Assembly: GCA_051294375.1 (NCBI GenBank)
Contig: CM119264.1
Location: 7,213,814-7,277,813, forward strand
DNA: 64,000 nucleotides
Origin: Paraspadella gotoi
Taxonomy: Eukaryota > Animalia > Chaetognatha
Direction: 5' to 3'
Shown here: positions 24,370 through 37,320 of the stretch, in pieces
Layout: every line of letters begins with the position of its first letter
How positions within the stretch are numbered: position 1 is the stretch's first letter
Notes under the pieces: generated by a model
The model's input: only the letters and a program-made list of their open reading frames with translations
Databases searched by the model: none
What the model was told of the DNA's origin: nothing
Position numbers and translations under genes: made by a program

Positions 24370-25585
24370 CAGTAAAAAGAGCATAAGGATCGGTTCGCAA
24401 ATTGCCAAAGAGAGAGGACGAGAGAGAGAGAGAGAGAGCAGTGAGAGAGAGAAAGAAGAACGAGAAGAGAGTCCGAGATAAAACTTAGCGAAATAGAAAA
24501 AGTTGTTATTATTACTCACTGAATAAAAATACGTTAACATTACTTTACAAAATACATAAAAATTGATAATTATTATTCCGAAACATTGTTTACTCACTGC
24601 AATATATCTAGTAAGGCCTAATATCTAGTAAGGCGGCCAAAATTGAACACTTTTTATAACTTCAGTTCTCCGTTTAAATTTTTTTTTCCTTTTACTATAA
24701 ACGATTTTCATATAATTTTTGAATTATTTACATTGGTTGTTGCACTGAACTTTAAATATTTATTAATATATATTAATAAAATATTGACGGAATTGTGCCA
24801 GGGGAAATGTGTTAGATGGCAAAACATAATCAACATTTACTTGAATTTTAATATTAATGATTACTAATCATGTTTTAAATTAATAATGAAATTAATTAAT
24901 GAATTAAATGTGAAAAAATGATGCAAGTTAAAAAAAATCTGAAAAGCATAAAGATCGGTCGCAATTGCAAAAAAAAAAAAAGAGAGAGCAGAGAGAGAGA
25001 GAGAGAGAGAGTGATTGAGAGAGAGAGAGAGAGAGAAGGAGACCATAAATAAAATAGAGGATATTTGTTTGTTTGAAAAATGGTAAACAAAACATATTTA
25101 ATAACTGTCCTAACCCAATTTTAAGAATCGATGATGATGAAGTTGAAAGTATAAAATTTAAATTACTATTACATATTAATTAATTATTGATTAATAATTG
25201 ACTAATGATTAATTAATGATTAATTATCGTAGGCAGATCCGACCATGTTTGCTCAACTGTTTATTTGCTCGCATATATGAAACTGCGACTTTTCCTTTTC
25301 TTGTAACATGCAATCATGACACAATAATTAGTGTAACAATATCTCTTATTCTTATCTTCGTTGCCATATATATAAACCTATGACTCTTAAGCGTCGTTTC
25401 GTCGTTTTCGTCGTCGTCGTCCGCGTCGCCGTCGTCGATCCTGTTTCATGGCCATGAAAGGTCAAAAATCAGGTCATTTTTTAAAAATTTCTCTATCAAT
25501 ATCATCCATTGAGGAGGAAAAATTGGCAATCATGTTCGCGCCACTGTGCCTCGAGTGGGGAATGAATTTTCAATATTTTTTTTTT
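23775..25585. repeat. Direct duplication ~23775-24308 / ~25260-25585; probable artefact
   Basis: Both copies share TTTATTTGCTCGCATAT...GGGGAATGAATTTTCAAT with indel noise. A 25-N gap at 24309-24333 ends the first copy. Confidence 0.8.
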
Positions 25586-25945
25586 TCTCCTTTTCCTCGT
25601 TCATCTCGGAAGGCTCTCCTCTCTCTCCTCTCTCTCTCTCTCTTCTCTCTCTCTCTTCTCTCTCTCTCTCCTCTCTCTCTCAGTCCTCTCTCCTCTATCT
25701 CTCTCGGCTCTCTCTCTCTCTCTTCTTAAATTTTTTCTTTCTCTACATAATTCACTTTTTTCATTTCACTATTTTCGTGTCGTTAGTTCATTCCATTTCA
25801 TCTTATTCCGTTCGTAGACTAAATTCATTCCACAGCCATCAACTTACGTTCACTGTCTTTGTTTAATTTTTTATTGAAAAGAATATAAGTTGAAAAATAA
25901 AAAGGCGATGCCTCTCGGTGTGAAAATACAACAGTCAACGCTCAC

Positions 25946-26439
<494 letters not shown>

Positions 26440-26811
26440 CTGAATAAGAGAGGTTAAACGAAAGTGGGAAAAGGAAATAGGATTAAGAGAGAGAAAGAGA
26501 GAAAGAGAGAAAGAAAGACCAGTTGATTGAGAAAGAGGGGAAATAAAAAAAGGAGAATACACAAGAAAAGCTTGGAGGGGAAATACATGTATAAAAAGAA
26601 AACGTGAATGAGAAAAAGAAAGAAAAGAGAACAAAGGAAAAAAATAAAAAGATAGAAAAATGACGTACATGTTAAAGAAAAGCCGATTATGCTGGAATAA
26701 GGAAAGAAAAAAAAAGAAAGGAATAGAATGGAAGAGAAAGGAGTAGAAAGAGAAAATAGAAGAAAGGGATGAGGATGAGGATATTAATATTGTTAATATT
26801 TTAATTAATAC

Positions 26812-27226
26812 TTTGTTTAAAAAAGTGCTAAAAGTCCCGAAAAAAATTGAATTTAAAAACAGTGAGTTTGAAAATTTAACCCGATTTGACAAGCCAACTT
26901 TCTCCACTAATTGTCAAGGTATATCTTAACTGATCAATATAAAATTTTAACACATAAATAGTTTTAGTATTTTCTACTCAACTCAATTTTAAATTCAATG
27001 AAATAACCACTGGTTTGCAAATGACAGCGTATTTCTACCGGCGCTTGTAAAATTCTCACCATGTAAGGAAAGAGAAAGTGAAAGAAAGTAAGGAAAGAGG
27101 AAAAAGAAAGAAAGAAGGAGCAAAGGCGTCGACCGACCGACTGAGGACGAGCGACGCTAAAAACTCACGCACCACGAAATTTCATGGGAGCCACATCAGC
27201 AATCATTTCAGGCAGTTTTCTTTCTC

Positions 27227-27318
<92 letters not shown>

Positions 27319-28772
27319 TTTTTATTTCATTTATGCATTCACTATATCTATCTCTATATACATATATATATTCATCTATCACTATTTATCTATCACTTTA
27401 TCACTCTTTTTTGGGTCAAATACTGACGTCCATTGTTTTCTTCGCGTTCGGACGACGAGTTATAATCTTGGCTCGAGAGGCAAAGTTAGAAAGTTACCGA
27501 TTGGAGAGAAAGTAATAGACAGATAATATTATGGTGCCAGGAATCGTCTGAGAAAAACGGTTTACATGACGATATTGCCCGTTTGCTGGTTGGGGGGGGA
27601 TGTTGGAGTTAGCGAAAGGTGAGAAGGCGAGGAAGAAGAGAAGATGGTTGGGGGGGGAATGTGAGGAGGAGTAAATGACGGAGAAAGAGTGGATTCGGGT
27701 AGATGCGAGAGGAGAAAGAGAGGTAAAACTAGAGATAGGAAGAAGATATTAAGTTTGAGATTGAATATCCATAGGAATTAATTGAAAGATGGGGCCAGTT
27801 TAAAATTTTATAACTGACCGTATTACGTAAGTATTAAATAAGCTTCTTCCATATATTTTAAGGGCATGTTCTGAGGATGGATGATTAGAGTATTGTTTAT
27901 ATTTTAAAGTTAATACCGTTGTTTAAAAAGTGTTAAAAGTTCAAAAAAAAATTGTGAATTTAAAAACAGTGAGTTGGAAAAAGATGAAACACCGGATTAT
28001 GACAAGCCATTTCTCCAGCACGTGTTTGTCAGAGGGTGATATCTTGAACGATAGCAAATGAAGAAAAAGAATTCATAAACACATAATAATAGTTTGTCAG
28101 TATTATTCTACTCAACGCTCAAATTTTAAAATTCCAAATGAACACCTAACATGTCGTTGCAAAATATGAAGCTGTATATTAAACATCTAGAGAGAGCCGG
28201 CGGCCTATGTAAAGTCTCACCAATGTAAGAGGAAAGAGAAAGTGAAAAGAAATGTAATGAAAGAGGTAAAAGAAAGAGAAAGGGAAGCAACAGGCGTTCG
28301 ACGACCGACTGCAGAACGAGCGACGCTATAATACTCACAGTCGCATCGCACGAAATTTCAATAGGAGAAGCACACATGCAGCAGACCATTTAGGCAGTTT
28401 TCTTTCATATTTGTCTTCTTCTTTTCTATCTTTTCTTGATCATTAGGTGGCTATATTTCGTTTGACCCTCTCTCCTCACTTACCTTCTCCTTTTTCTTTC
28501 TTCTTCTTCTTTCTTTTTTCTTTCTTTCTTTCTCTTTCTTTCTCTTTCTTTCTTTTTTTTTTTTCTCTTTTTCTTTTCTTATCTTTCTTTTTATTATTTA
28601 TGCATTCACTATATTATCTCTATATACATATATATATTCATCTATCACTATATTTATCTATCACTTACTTTATATCACTCTTTTTGGGTCAAATATGTCG
28701 AGTCCATTGTTTTCTTTCGCGTTCGGACGACGGTTATAATCTTGGCTCGAGAGGCAAAGTTAGAAAGTTACC
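26812..28772. repeat. Direct duplication ~26812-27498 / ~27918-28772; probable artefact
   Basis: The second copy is the same sequence with many 1-2 nt insertions; both end at CAAAGTTAGAAAGTTACC. Confidence 0.8.
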
Positions 28773-28779
28773 TGTCGTT

Positions 28780-30058
28780 TGGTCCCAACGCTTTTTGGCT
28801 TTTTATACTTCATGAACGCACGAAAACGATCTGTAGGCGTTTCATAATCATCATCTTCGCCATCTCCAACATCAACGTATTTGTCATAGTCATGAGAATT
28901 AGCAATGCTCTCCAATAATCTTCGTCATCATCAGTCTCATCGACCCATTAACCATCACCATCATTATCATCATCATGGGCATCATTATCATTATCATCTT
29001 TATCGATGTCATCGCCATCATAGTCGTCACGAGATCGTCATCATCGTCATCTCAGCGATCTTCGTCGCAGTAGGAATGATTATCATCGTTATCATCATCA
29101 TCATCATCATACCAGTCACCTCATCAACCCTTTGATCGGGTCTGCCTCTTTCTCATCACTTTATAGACGCTTTGCTTCCAAAACAGCGAAAAACATCCAA
29201 AAACATCAAATAAAATAGAAATAGCATCCTGAGGCAGCGGTGAGCGCAAAGAGAGAGAGAGGAGGAAGAGGGAGGAAAGAGGAGGAAGAGGGAAGAGAGA
29301 TAGAAAGAGAAGGATGAGGAGGAGAGAAATAGAGGGAGAGAAGACGGAAGGCCAAAAAAAAAAGAAAGACTTGAAGGGCAAGAGAGTAAGAGACGAAGGG
29401 AAAATAGAGGGAGAGAAAGGAGGAACCGAAAAAAAAACCAGAAATTGAAAGGACAAATAGGAAGAGGGAGGAGGGAAATAGAGGGAGAGAAAGAGGAAGG
29501 CCGAAAAAATAACAGAAAGATGAAATAGACAGAGGAAAGAGAGACAGACGGAGAAGGAAAGATACAGAATAGTATAATAAATATAGTAAAAAGGAAAGTG
29601 GGTGAGAGACGAAGAGAAAAAGGAGGAGGGAGAGTCGGGCGCAAAAAGGAAAGAAAGAGTTTATGAGTCGACGTCTTTGTTTTTTTCCCCAGTTTCTGGA
29701 CGATCTCCCCGAAGAAGAACAGGCCGAAAGGCAGATGTCGCTGTCGTTATATCTCATTGTAGTTATTGTAGTTAGGAATTTAGGAACAATCCTCCTCTGT
29801 CTCTCTTTGTTTCTCCCCTTCGTTCTCACTCTGACTCTCTTTGTCTCTCTTCTTTTCCTCTTTAGATTCTCTTTTTGTCCTTTGTATAATTTTATCTTTT
29901 TCGTAATTCATTTCGTACGTAAGAATTAAAATTCAGTGTAAACATTCCAACGAAAACAACGACGATTAGAAGAAAAACGAACAATTTTTTTCTCTCTTTT
30001 CACATATGGAGACATCACGTCTCTTCATGAAAATAACCAATGAAGTAAAGAGTGAGAG

Positions 30059-30128
<70 letters not shown>

Positions 30129-30790
30129 AGAGAGAAGAGAGAACAGAGAGAGACAGAGAGAAATTTTTTGAATCTTAAAGAAAAACAAGTTAAAAATAAT
30201 TTTTATTGATCTGGATCAAGAGGAGTAAAGGAATTAAACGGTCCGATTTAAGAACCACAGAAAAGTTTATTTTTTACTTTATCTATCAGAGATTTTAACA
30301 GTTTATTTCTTTCTTGATATTTAGTTTTTAATAATTTTATGCATTTGTTTTTGTTTAGGGTTTAGTGTTCATTTTGACTCTAAAGTTTAGGTTTTTTTTT
30401 TTTTCAAAACGGTATCTAATCATGGCTTCTATATCCTTTTCTATTATATTACATATAATCTGTCTTCTCTTTTCTCACATCCTTCTCTCTCTCTTTTTTT
30501 TTCATCCTCTTCTTTCTCGCACTTTCTTCTCCTCTTTCATTTGCTTTTGTGTTTATAATTATTCTTTTTCTCTCAAATTACACTATTTTTCCCTTTAACG
30601 GCGCGTGTTATAAAAAACCTCTGTCTCCACGGTAGAAGAGAATTACATCCGGAGCCGTGGGACACAGTGTTTTACCGCAAAACCCGTATGTAATCGACTA
30701 TACCTCAGCGGAAGCAGAAAAGGCAGGAAAATTTTTTCACGTGGAAAATTGTGGATAATCTTAACGATATCCAGCGCGTGAGAGAAGGGA

Positions 30791-30852
<62 letters not shown>

Positions 30853-31007
30853 GAGAGAGAGAGAGAGAGAGAGAGGAAGAAAAAAAGGGAAAAGAAGAAG
30901 GGAAAAGGAAAGGGAAACGAGATAAAAAAAAGGGGAGAATAAGAAGAGTCAAAGGGAAAGCGGGATTGGGGAGGAGTGGAAAAGAAAGGGAAGGTGAAGC
31001 GCGAGAG

Positions 31008-31048
<41 letters not shown>

Positions 31049-32280
31049 GAGGATNNNNNNNNNNNNNNNNNNNNNNNNNTGCGTGGTCCCAACGTTTTTT
31101 GGCTTTTTATACTTCATGAACGCACGAAACGATCTGTAGGCGTTTCATAATCATCATCTTCGCCATCTCCAACATCAACGTATTTGTGCATAGTCATGAG
31201 AATTAGCAATGCTCTCCCCAATAATCTTCGGCATCATCAGTCTCATCGACCCATTAACCATCACCATCATTATCATCATCATGGGCATCATTATCATTTC
31301 ATCTTTATCGATGTCATCGCCATCATAGTCGTCACGAGATCGTCATCAATCGTCATCTCAGCGATCTTCGTCGCAGTAGGAATGATTATCATCGTATATC
31401 ATCATCATCAATCACCATCATCGTCTTCAACCCTTTGATCGGGCTGCCTCTTTCTCATCACTCTTATAGACGCCTTTGCTTCCAAAACAGCGAAAAACAT
31501 CCAAAAACATCATAAAATAGAAATAGCATCCTGAGGCAGCGGTGAGACGCAAAGAGAGGGAGAGAGAGGGAGGAAAAGAGGGAGGAAAAGAGGAGAAGAG
31601 AGATAGATAAGCGAGAAGGATTGAGGAGGGAGAGAAATAGAGGAGAGAAAGAGGAAGGCCGAAAAAAAACCAGAAGATTGAAAGGAAATAGAGAAAGGGA
31701 GCGAGGGAAATAGAGGGAGAGAAAGAGGAAAGGCCGAAAACATAACAGAAAGATGAAATAGACAGAGGAAGAGAGACAGACGGAGAAGGAAAAGATACAG
31801 ATAGTTAAATAAATATAGTAAAAAGGAAAGTGGGTGAGAGACGAAGAGAAAAAGGAGGAGGGAGAGACGGCGCAAAAAGGAAAGAAAGAGTTATGGTCGA
31901 CGTCTTTTGTTTTTCCCAGTTTCTGGACGATCTCCCCGAAGAGAGAAACAGGCCGAAATGGCAGATGTCGCTGTCGTTATATCTCATTGTAGTTATTGTA
32001 GTTAGGAATTTAGGAACAATCCTCTCTGTCTCTCTTTGTTTCCCCTGTCTCACTCTGACCTCTTTGGTCTCTCTTTCTCTCTTTAGATCTCTCTTTTTTC
32101 CTTTGTATAATTTTATCTTTTACGTAATTCATTTCGTACGTAAGAATTAAAATTCAGTGTAAACATTCCAACGAAAAACAACGACGATTAGAAAGAAAAA
32201 CGAACAATTTTTTTTCTTCTCTTTTTCACATATGGAGACATCACGTCTTCATGAATAATCCAATGAAGTAAGAGAGTGAG

Positions 32281-32351
<71 letters not shown>

Positions 32352-32977
32352 AGACAGAGACAGAGAGACATTTTTTGAATCTTAAAGAAAAACAAGTTAA
32401 AAATAATTTTTATTGATCTGGATCAAGAGGGAGAAAGGAATAAACGGTCCGATTTAGACAAAGTCTTTGGTCTAAAATATTAAATACTTTGGCAAAGATA
32501 TTTTTATTATTTCTTCAGTTAAAGTTATTTCTATGAATTGGTACAACCAATATAAAAATTATATTTAGTTTTTAATAATTTTATGCATTTGTTTTTGTTA
32601 GGGTTTAGGGTTCATTTGACAAGTTTAGGGTTTTTTTTTTTCACGCGTTCTAATATGGCTTCTCTTTCTCTATTCTTATCTCTATCTCTCTCTTTCTCTC
32701 TCTCTCTCCTCTCGCTCTCTTTCTCTCGTACTAGACAATTTCCGTGCGTTAAATTTTCCCTCCCAAATACACATTTTTTTTCCCTTTAACCGGCGCGTGT
32801 TATAAAAACCTCTGTCTCCACGGTAGAAGAGAATTACATCCGGAGCCGTGGGACCAGTTTTACCGCAAAACCCGTATGTAATCGATTATACCTCAGGCGG
32901 AAGCGGAAAAGGCAGAAAATTTTTTCACGTGGAAAATGTGGATAATCTTAACGATATCCCGCGCGTGAGAAGAAGGA

Positions 32978-33057
<80 letters not shown>

Positions 33058-33060
33058 AGA
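28780..33060. repeat. Direct duplication ~28780-30850 / ~31083-33060; probable artefact
   Basis: Collinear copies with indel noise; the second starts right after the 25-N gap at 31055-31079. Confidence 0.85.
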
Positions 33061-33074
33061 GGAAGAAAAAGGAA

Positions 33075-34064
33075 GTTTACGATAGCCAGTTGTTGAGGGA
33101 TTTGCCAGAAGAAATCCCCCAGAGTGAAGGAGGTCGTCTGGTAAGGAGGGAAAAGGGGTGGGTGAAAAGTGGCAGTTGCCGGTTGTGGGCACGGTGCTTA
33201 ACCAAGACGAACCTTGAACTGAATTAATAACCAGAATTTTTTTTTCGGAGGGTAAGTCTAAAAGTTCTGTCATAAATCAAGTTTCTTCTTGATTTGCTTC
33301 CTAGGAACTTTTCTAATAACCAATGTGCATTTTTCTGAACAATGGTCCCGTTCCGATTATACTGTCTTTTTGGCTTCATTTCTTTCCTTTTCTTTTTTCT
33401 TTTTCTTTTAATATACAAATCTGACGAAACGTTTAAAAAATTAAATATATATCAAATACGTAAAATCATTTAAAATTCTTTTTTTGCCCAAGTTAGATTT
33501 GTTTTTGCTCTTTCTGATATTACTGTAGGTGATATCAATAAAATCCTTGAAAAGTCATAACTACTACGGTTTCTTCAGTGGATCCCATTTTTCTTCGAAT
33601 TGTTCACCATTCTGAATCCTTAAAATTTCTTGTAAAAGCGAAACCTCGAAAATTCTAAGAATCGAACCAAAGAGAAACGACGAAGTCAAGTCTGATCATT
33701 TTCCTATTTTTTAGTTGCGCCGAGAGTACTCGCGGAACAATTCTATAAGTCACTTTTCGGTGCGTCGGTCTTGTCGATCGGTCGGCCGGTCGGTATGTCT
33801 GTCCGTCCGTCTGTCCCACTTACGTTAAAAAAGGTTTCAAAACTCGCCTTTAGTCGGTTGCTCATTTTTAAGATGGGAAAAACTCTAATCTATGTGACGA
33901 CTAGCGCCGCCTTCAGATAATCATAAAACTATAGGGAATACAGATATAATGGGCTACGAAAGTCACGTGCGGCCTAAGACACTATTTGAATTTTTGTTTC
34001 TGTTTATGTATATCTTCTTCTATTTGTATCTTTAATGTTAAGGATCGTATCTGCGTACTGTCCC

Positions 34065-34102
<38 letters not shown>

Positions 34103-35383
34103 ATAAAAATAACAATTCCTGCTGTCCTTAGTAAAGCGAAAAAAAGTGCAGAGGTTCCAGTTTTATTATAGAAAAAGTTTTTCCTTTATTTTCCAGAATT
34201 AAAACATGGAGGAGGTAATGTGTCTCATGTCGAACTTTAGTTAATTTCTTAGCATGAAGGGGTAATGAATGATTACGGATGAGTAAAGATGAGTCACAAT
34301 CAATATAAATTCATAAGCTCTATCACAACCAAGGCGCAGGGAATGAGGAACAGTCAGAGACACAGGGACAGTCGCAGATTGATGAACGAACGAAGAAACA
34401 GAGAAGCTTAGTTACTTACTCAACAAAAATACATTCTTACATTAAAGATAAAATAGTAAGATATATACATAAACAAGAACAGAAATTCAAATGTGTCTTA
34501 GGCCGCAGTGACTTTCGTAGCCCATTTTTTATTCCCTATAGTTTTATGATTTCCTGAAGGCGGCGCTAGTCGTCACATAGATTAGATGTTTTTTCCCCAT
34601 CTTAACAAATGAGCAACCGACTAAAGGCGAGTTTTGAACATTTTTAACGTAAGTGGGACAGACGGACGGACAGACATACCGACCGGCCGACCGATCGACA
34701 GACCGACCGAAAAGTGACTTATAGAATTGTTCCGCGAGTACTCTCGGCGCAACTATAAATAGGAAAATGATCAGACTTGACTTCGTCGTTTCTCTTTGGT
34801 TCGATTCTTAGAATTTTCAGAGGTTTCGCTTTGACGGAAAATTTTAAGGATTCAGTGAGTTGACATTCGAAGAAAAAATGGATCCACTGAAGAAACCGTA
34901 GTAGTTATGACTTTCAAGGATTTTATTGATATCACCTACAGTAATATCAGAAAGAGCAAAAACAAATCTAACTTGGGCAAAAAAGAATTTTAAATGATTT
35001 ACGTATTGATATATATTTAATTTTTTAAACGTTTCGTCAAGATTTGTATATTAAAAGAAAAAAGAAAAAAGAAAAGGAAAAGAAATGAAGCCAAAAAGAG
35101 CAGTATAATCGGAACGGGACCATTGTTCAAGAAAAATGCACATTGGTTATTAGAAAAGTTCCTAGGAAGCAAATCAAGAAGAAACTTGATTTATGACAGA
35201 ACTTTTAGACTTACCCTCCGAAAAAAAAATTCTGGTTATTAATTCAGTTCAAGGTTCGTCTTGTAAAGCACCGTGCCACAACCGGCAACTGCCACTTTTC
35301 ACCCCTTTTCCCTCCTTACCAGACGACCTCCTTCACTCTGGGGGATTTCTTCTGGCAAATCCCTCAACACTGGCTATCGTAAA

Positions 35384-35385
<2 letters not shown>
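33075..35385. repeat. Inverted duplication, arms ~33075-34045 and ~34432-35385; probable fold-back read artefact
   Basis: Arms are reverse complements with indel noise that increases toward the ~390-bp spacer. Confidence 0.85.
33708..33985 (+). mobile_element. Non-autonomous HINE/DINE-1-like interspersed repeat
   Basis: T-run, then AGTTGCGCCGAGAGTACTCGCGG, then a GTCG/GTCY microsatellite and CCCACTTACGTT. The same terminus recurs at 38790 (+), 39647 (-), 44310 (-) and in the mirrored copy near 34755. Confidence 0.6.
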
Positions 35386-35420
<35 letters not shown>

Positions 35421-35424
35421 TCTC

Positions 35425-35472
<48 letters not shown>

Positions 35473-35531
35473 AACTTTCCAAAAATCTGATGCCTCCTGA
35501 CTTTTATTCAAAGAGGATCCTCAGCTGAGAA

Positions 35532-35611
<80 letters not shown>

Positions 35612-35621
35612 GAGAGAGACG

Positions 35622-35654
<33 letters not shown>

Positions 35655-36741
35655 AGAGCTCAGGGCAGAGCTAAGAGAAAAAAAAGTGGGTTTCTAAGTC
35701 GAATGATATAGGGAAAACTGAAGAATGTCTCCCGGTTCAAACCTGCAAAAAGAAAATAAGGGGAAAAAATGGGAGAGACTTGTCGAAGTCGAAGAATAAA
35801 CAGAAATAGAGAGAGAGAAAGTAGTGTTGGATAAGGAAAGCATTACCTCAAAATATATTTGAAACAAGATTGGAGAAGCCTTACAATTTTCGGAACATCT
35901 ATTGGCAGTAAGGATTTTATAAGACTACGAGGCTTTGTCATGACGAGCAAATTGTTTTCAATTATTATTTATACATACAATCTTACTTTTAACTCTTTTC
36001 TCACGCATAAACGTCTTATTTCTTTTTTCGCCTTCAAATTAATTTCTTTCTTTTCGGAGGATACTATATATATTATATAGCACACGCTTGCACGCACGAA
36101 AAAGATCGGGGAAGCGCAATTGGCAAATTGGACTTATAGAAAAAAAAAAGCTTTTCCAGTTAACTTTTGATACGGGAAGTTGAAATTGAAGCACCGGACA
36201 AAAAATAATGGCGCGGGGGGAGTGGGCGAGGCCTCGGCGTAGTCTGGTATTTGGCTCAAAGTTTTTGACTCCCAAGACAATTTAAAAAAATTGAGTCTTT
36301 GTTATGATTCTGATTCTCAATCGTTTGATGCAACAACGTTTAAACATGAAACTTTTTAAATATAGCTCTGTTTCTCGAATTTTATAAATGAGAAATAAAA
36401 ACCTTGAAATTCTTTGCTTAGTATATTTATTTTATATATTAATAGGCGTACATCTCCAACGTTTATTACCGTTGATAGACATCAAAGCGAGCAACTTTTA
36501 TCCAGATATATCTATGTTATTTGATGACGCTGGCAAAGTCATTACGACGACGACGTCTACGAAGATGATGATAAAAAAGAAGACGACGACGACGACGACG
36601 ACGACGACGATAAAGCCTCTCTCTTCGTCGTCGCACCTTTTCGTCCTCCGCAATAACGACTTCTGCTTTTCGCCCACATCGAGAGTTAGAAGATGATCAA
36701 AGCAAAGTTGTTTGCTCGCTTAATTGCTTGCTTGCTAGGTT

Positions 36742-36793
<52 letters not shown>

Positions 36794-37320
36794 CTCTCTC
36801 CTCTGTCTCTCTCTCTCTCTCTCTCTCTTCCTCTCGTCTCCTCTCTCTCTTTTTCGCGCCCTCATTTTTTTTTCCCCCACCCATTCCGTTTTATGAGAGC
36901 GAGGTACCTTCGCTTCCATCCGTAATGTAATTTTCCTTTTCTACTTATTTAAATAGGAACCAATTGTTCAATAAGTCTTTTGTTTCTACCTCCGCCTTTC
37001 TACGTAACCTAATCAGATTTTCCTGCGTTCTAGTTTCTTTCTTCGATTTCCTGAGAATTATTTCTAAATTAATTCGATTGCAAGAAGAAGAAAAATAAGT
37101 TTATTCTCTCTCTATCTTTTTTTTTTTAGTTCTTCTCGACAAAATTTACTTGATAAGCCCAAAATCTTGGTGTTGAAACTGTTTAGATAACAAAATAAAT
37201 AATAAAAAATATAAAAACAATATTAACTGATCCTCATTGAATCTTTACTTTTAAATATACCACGTACATTTTTCCGTTGCTGTTGCATCAAATCTTGGTG
37301 ACTGTACTTTTTCAAGAATC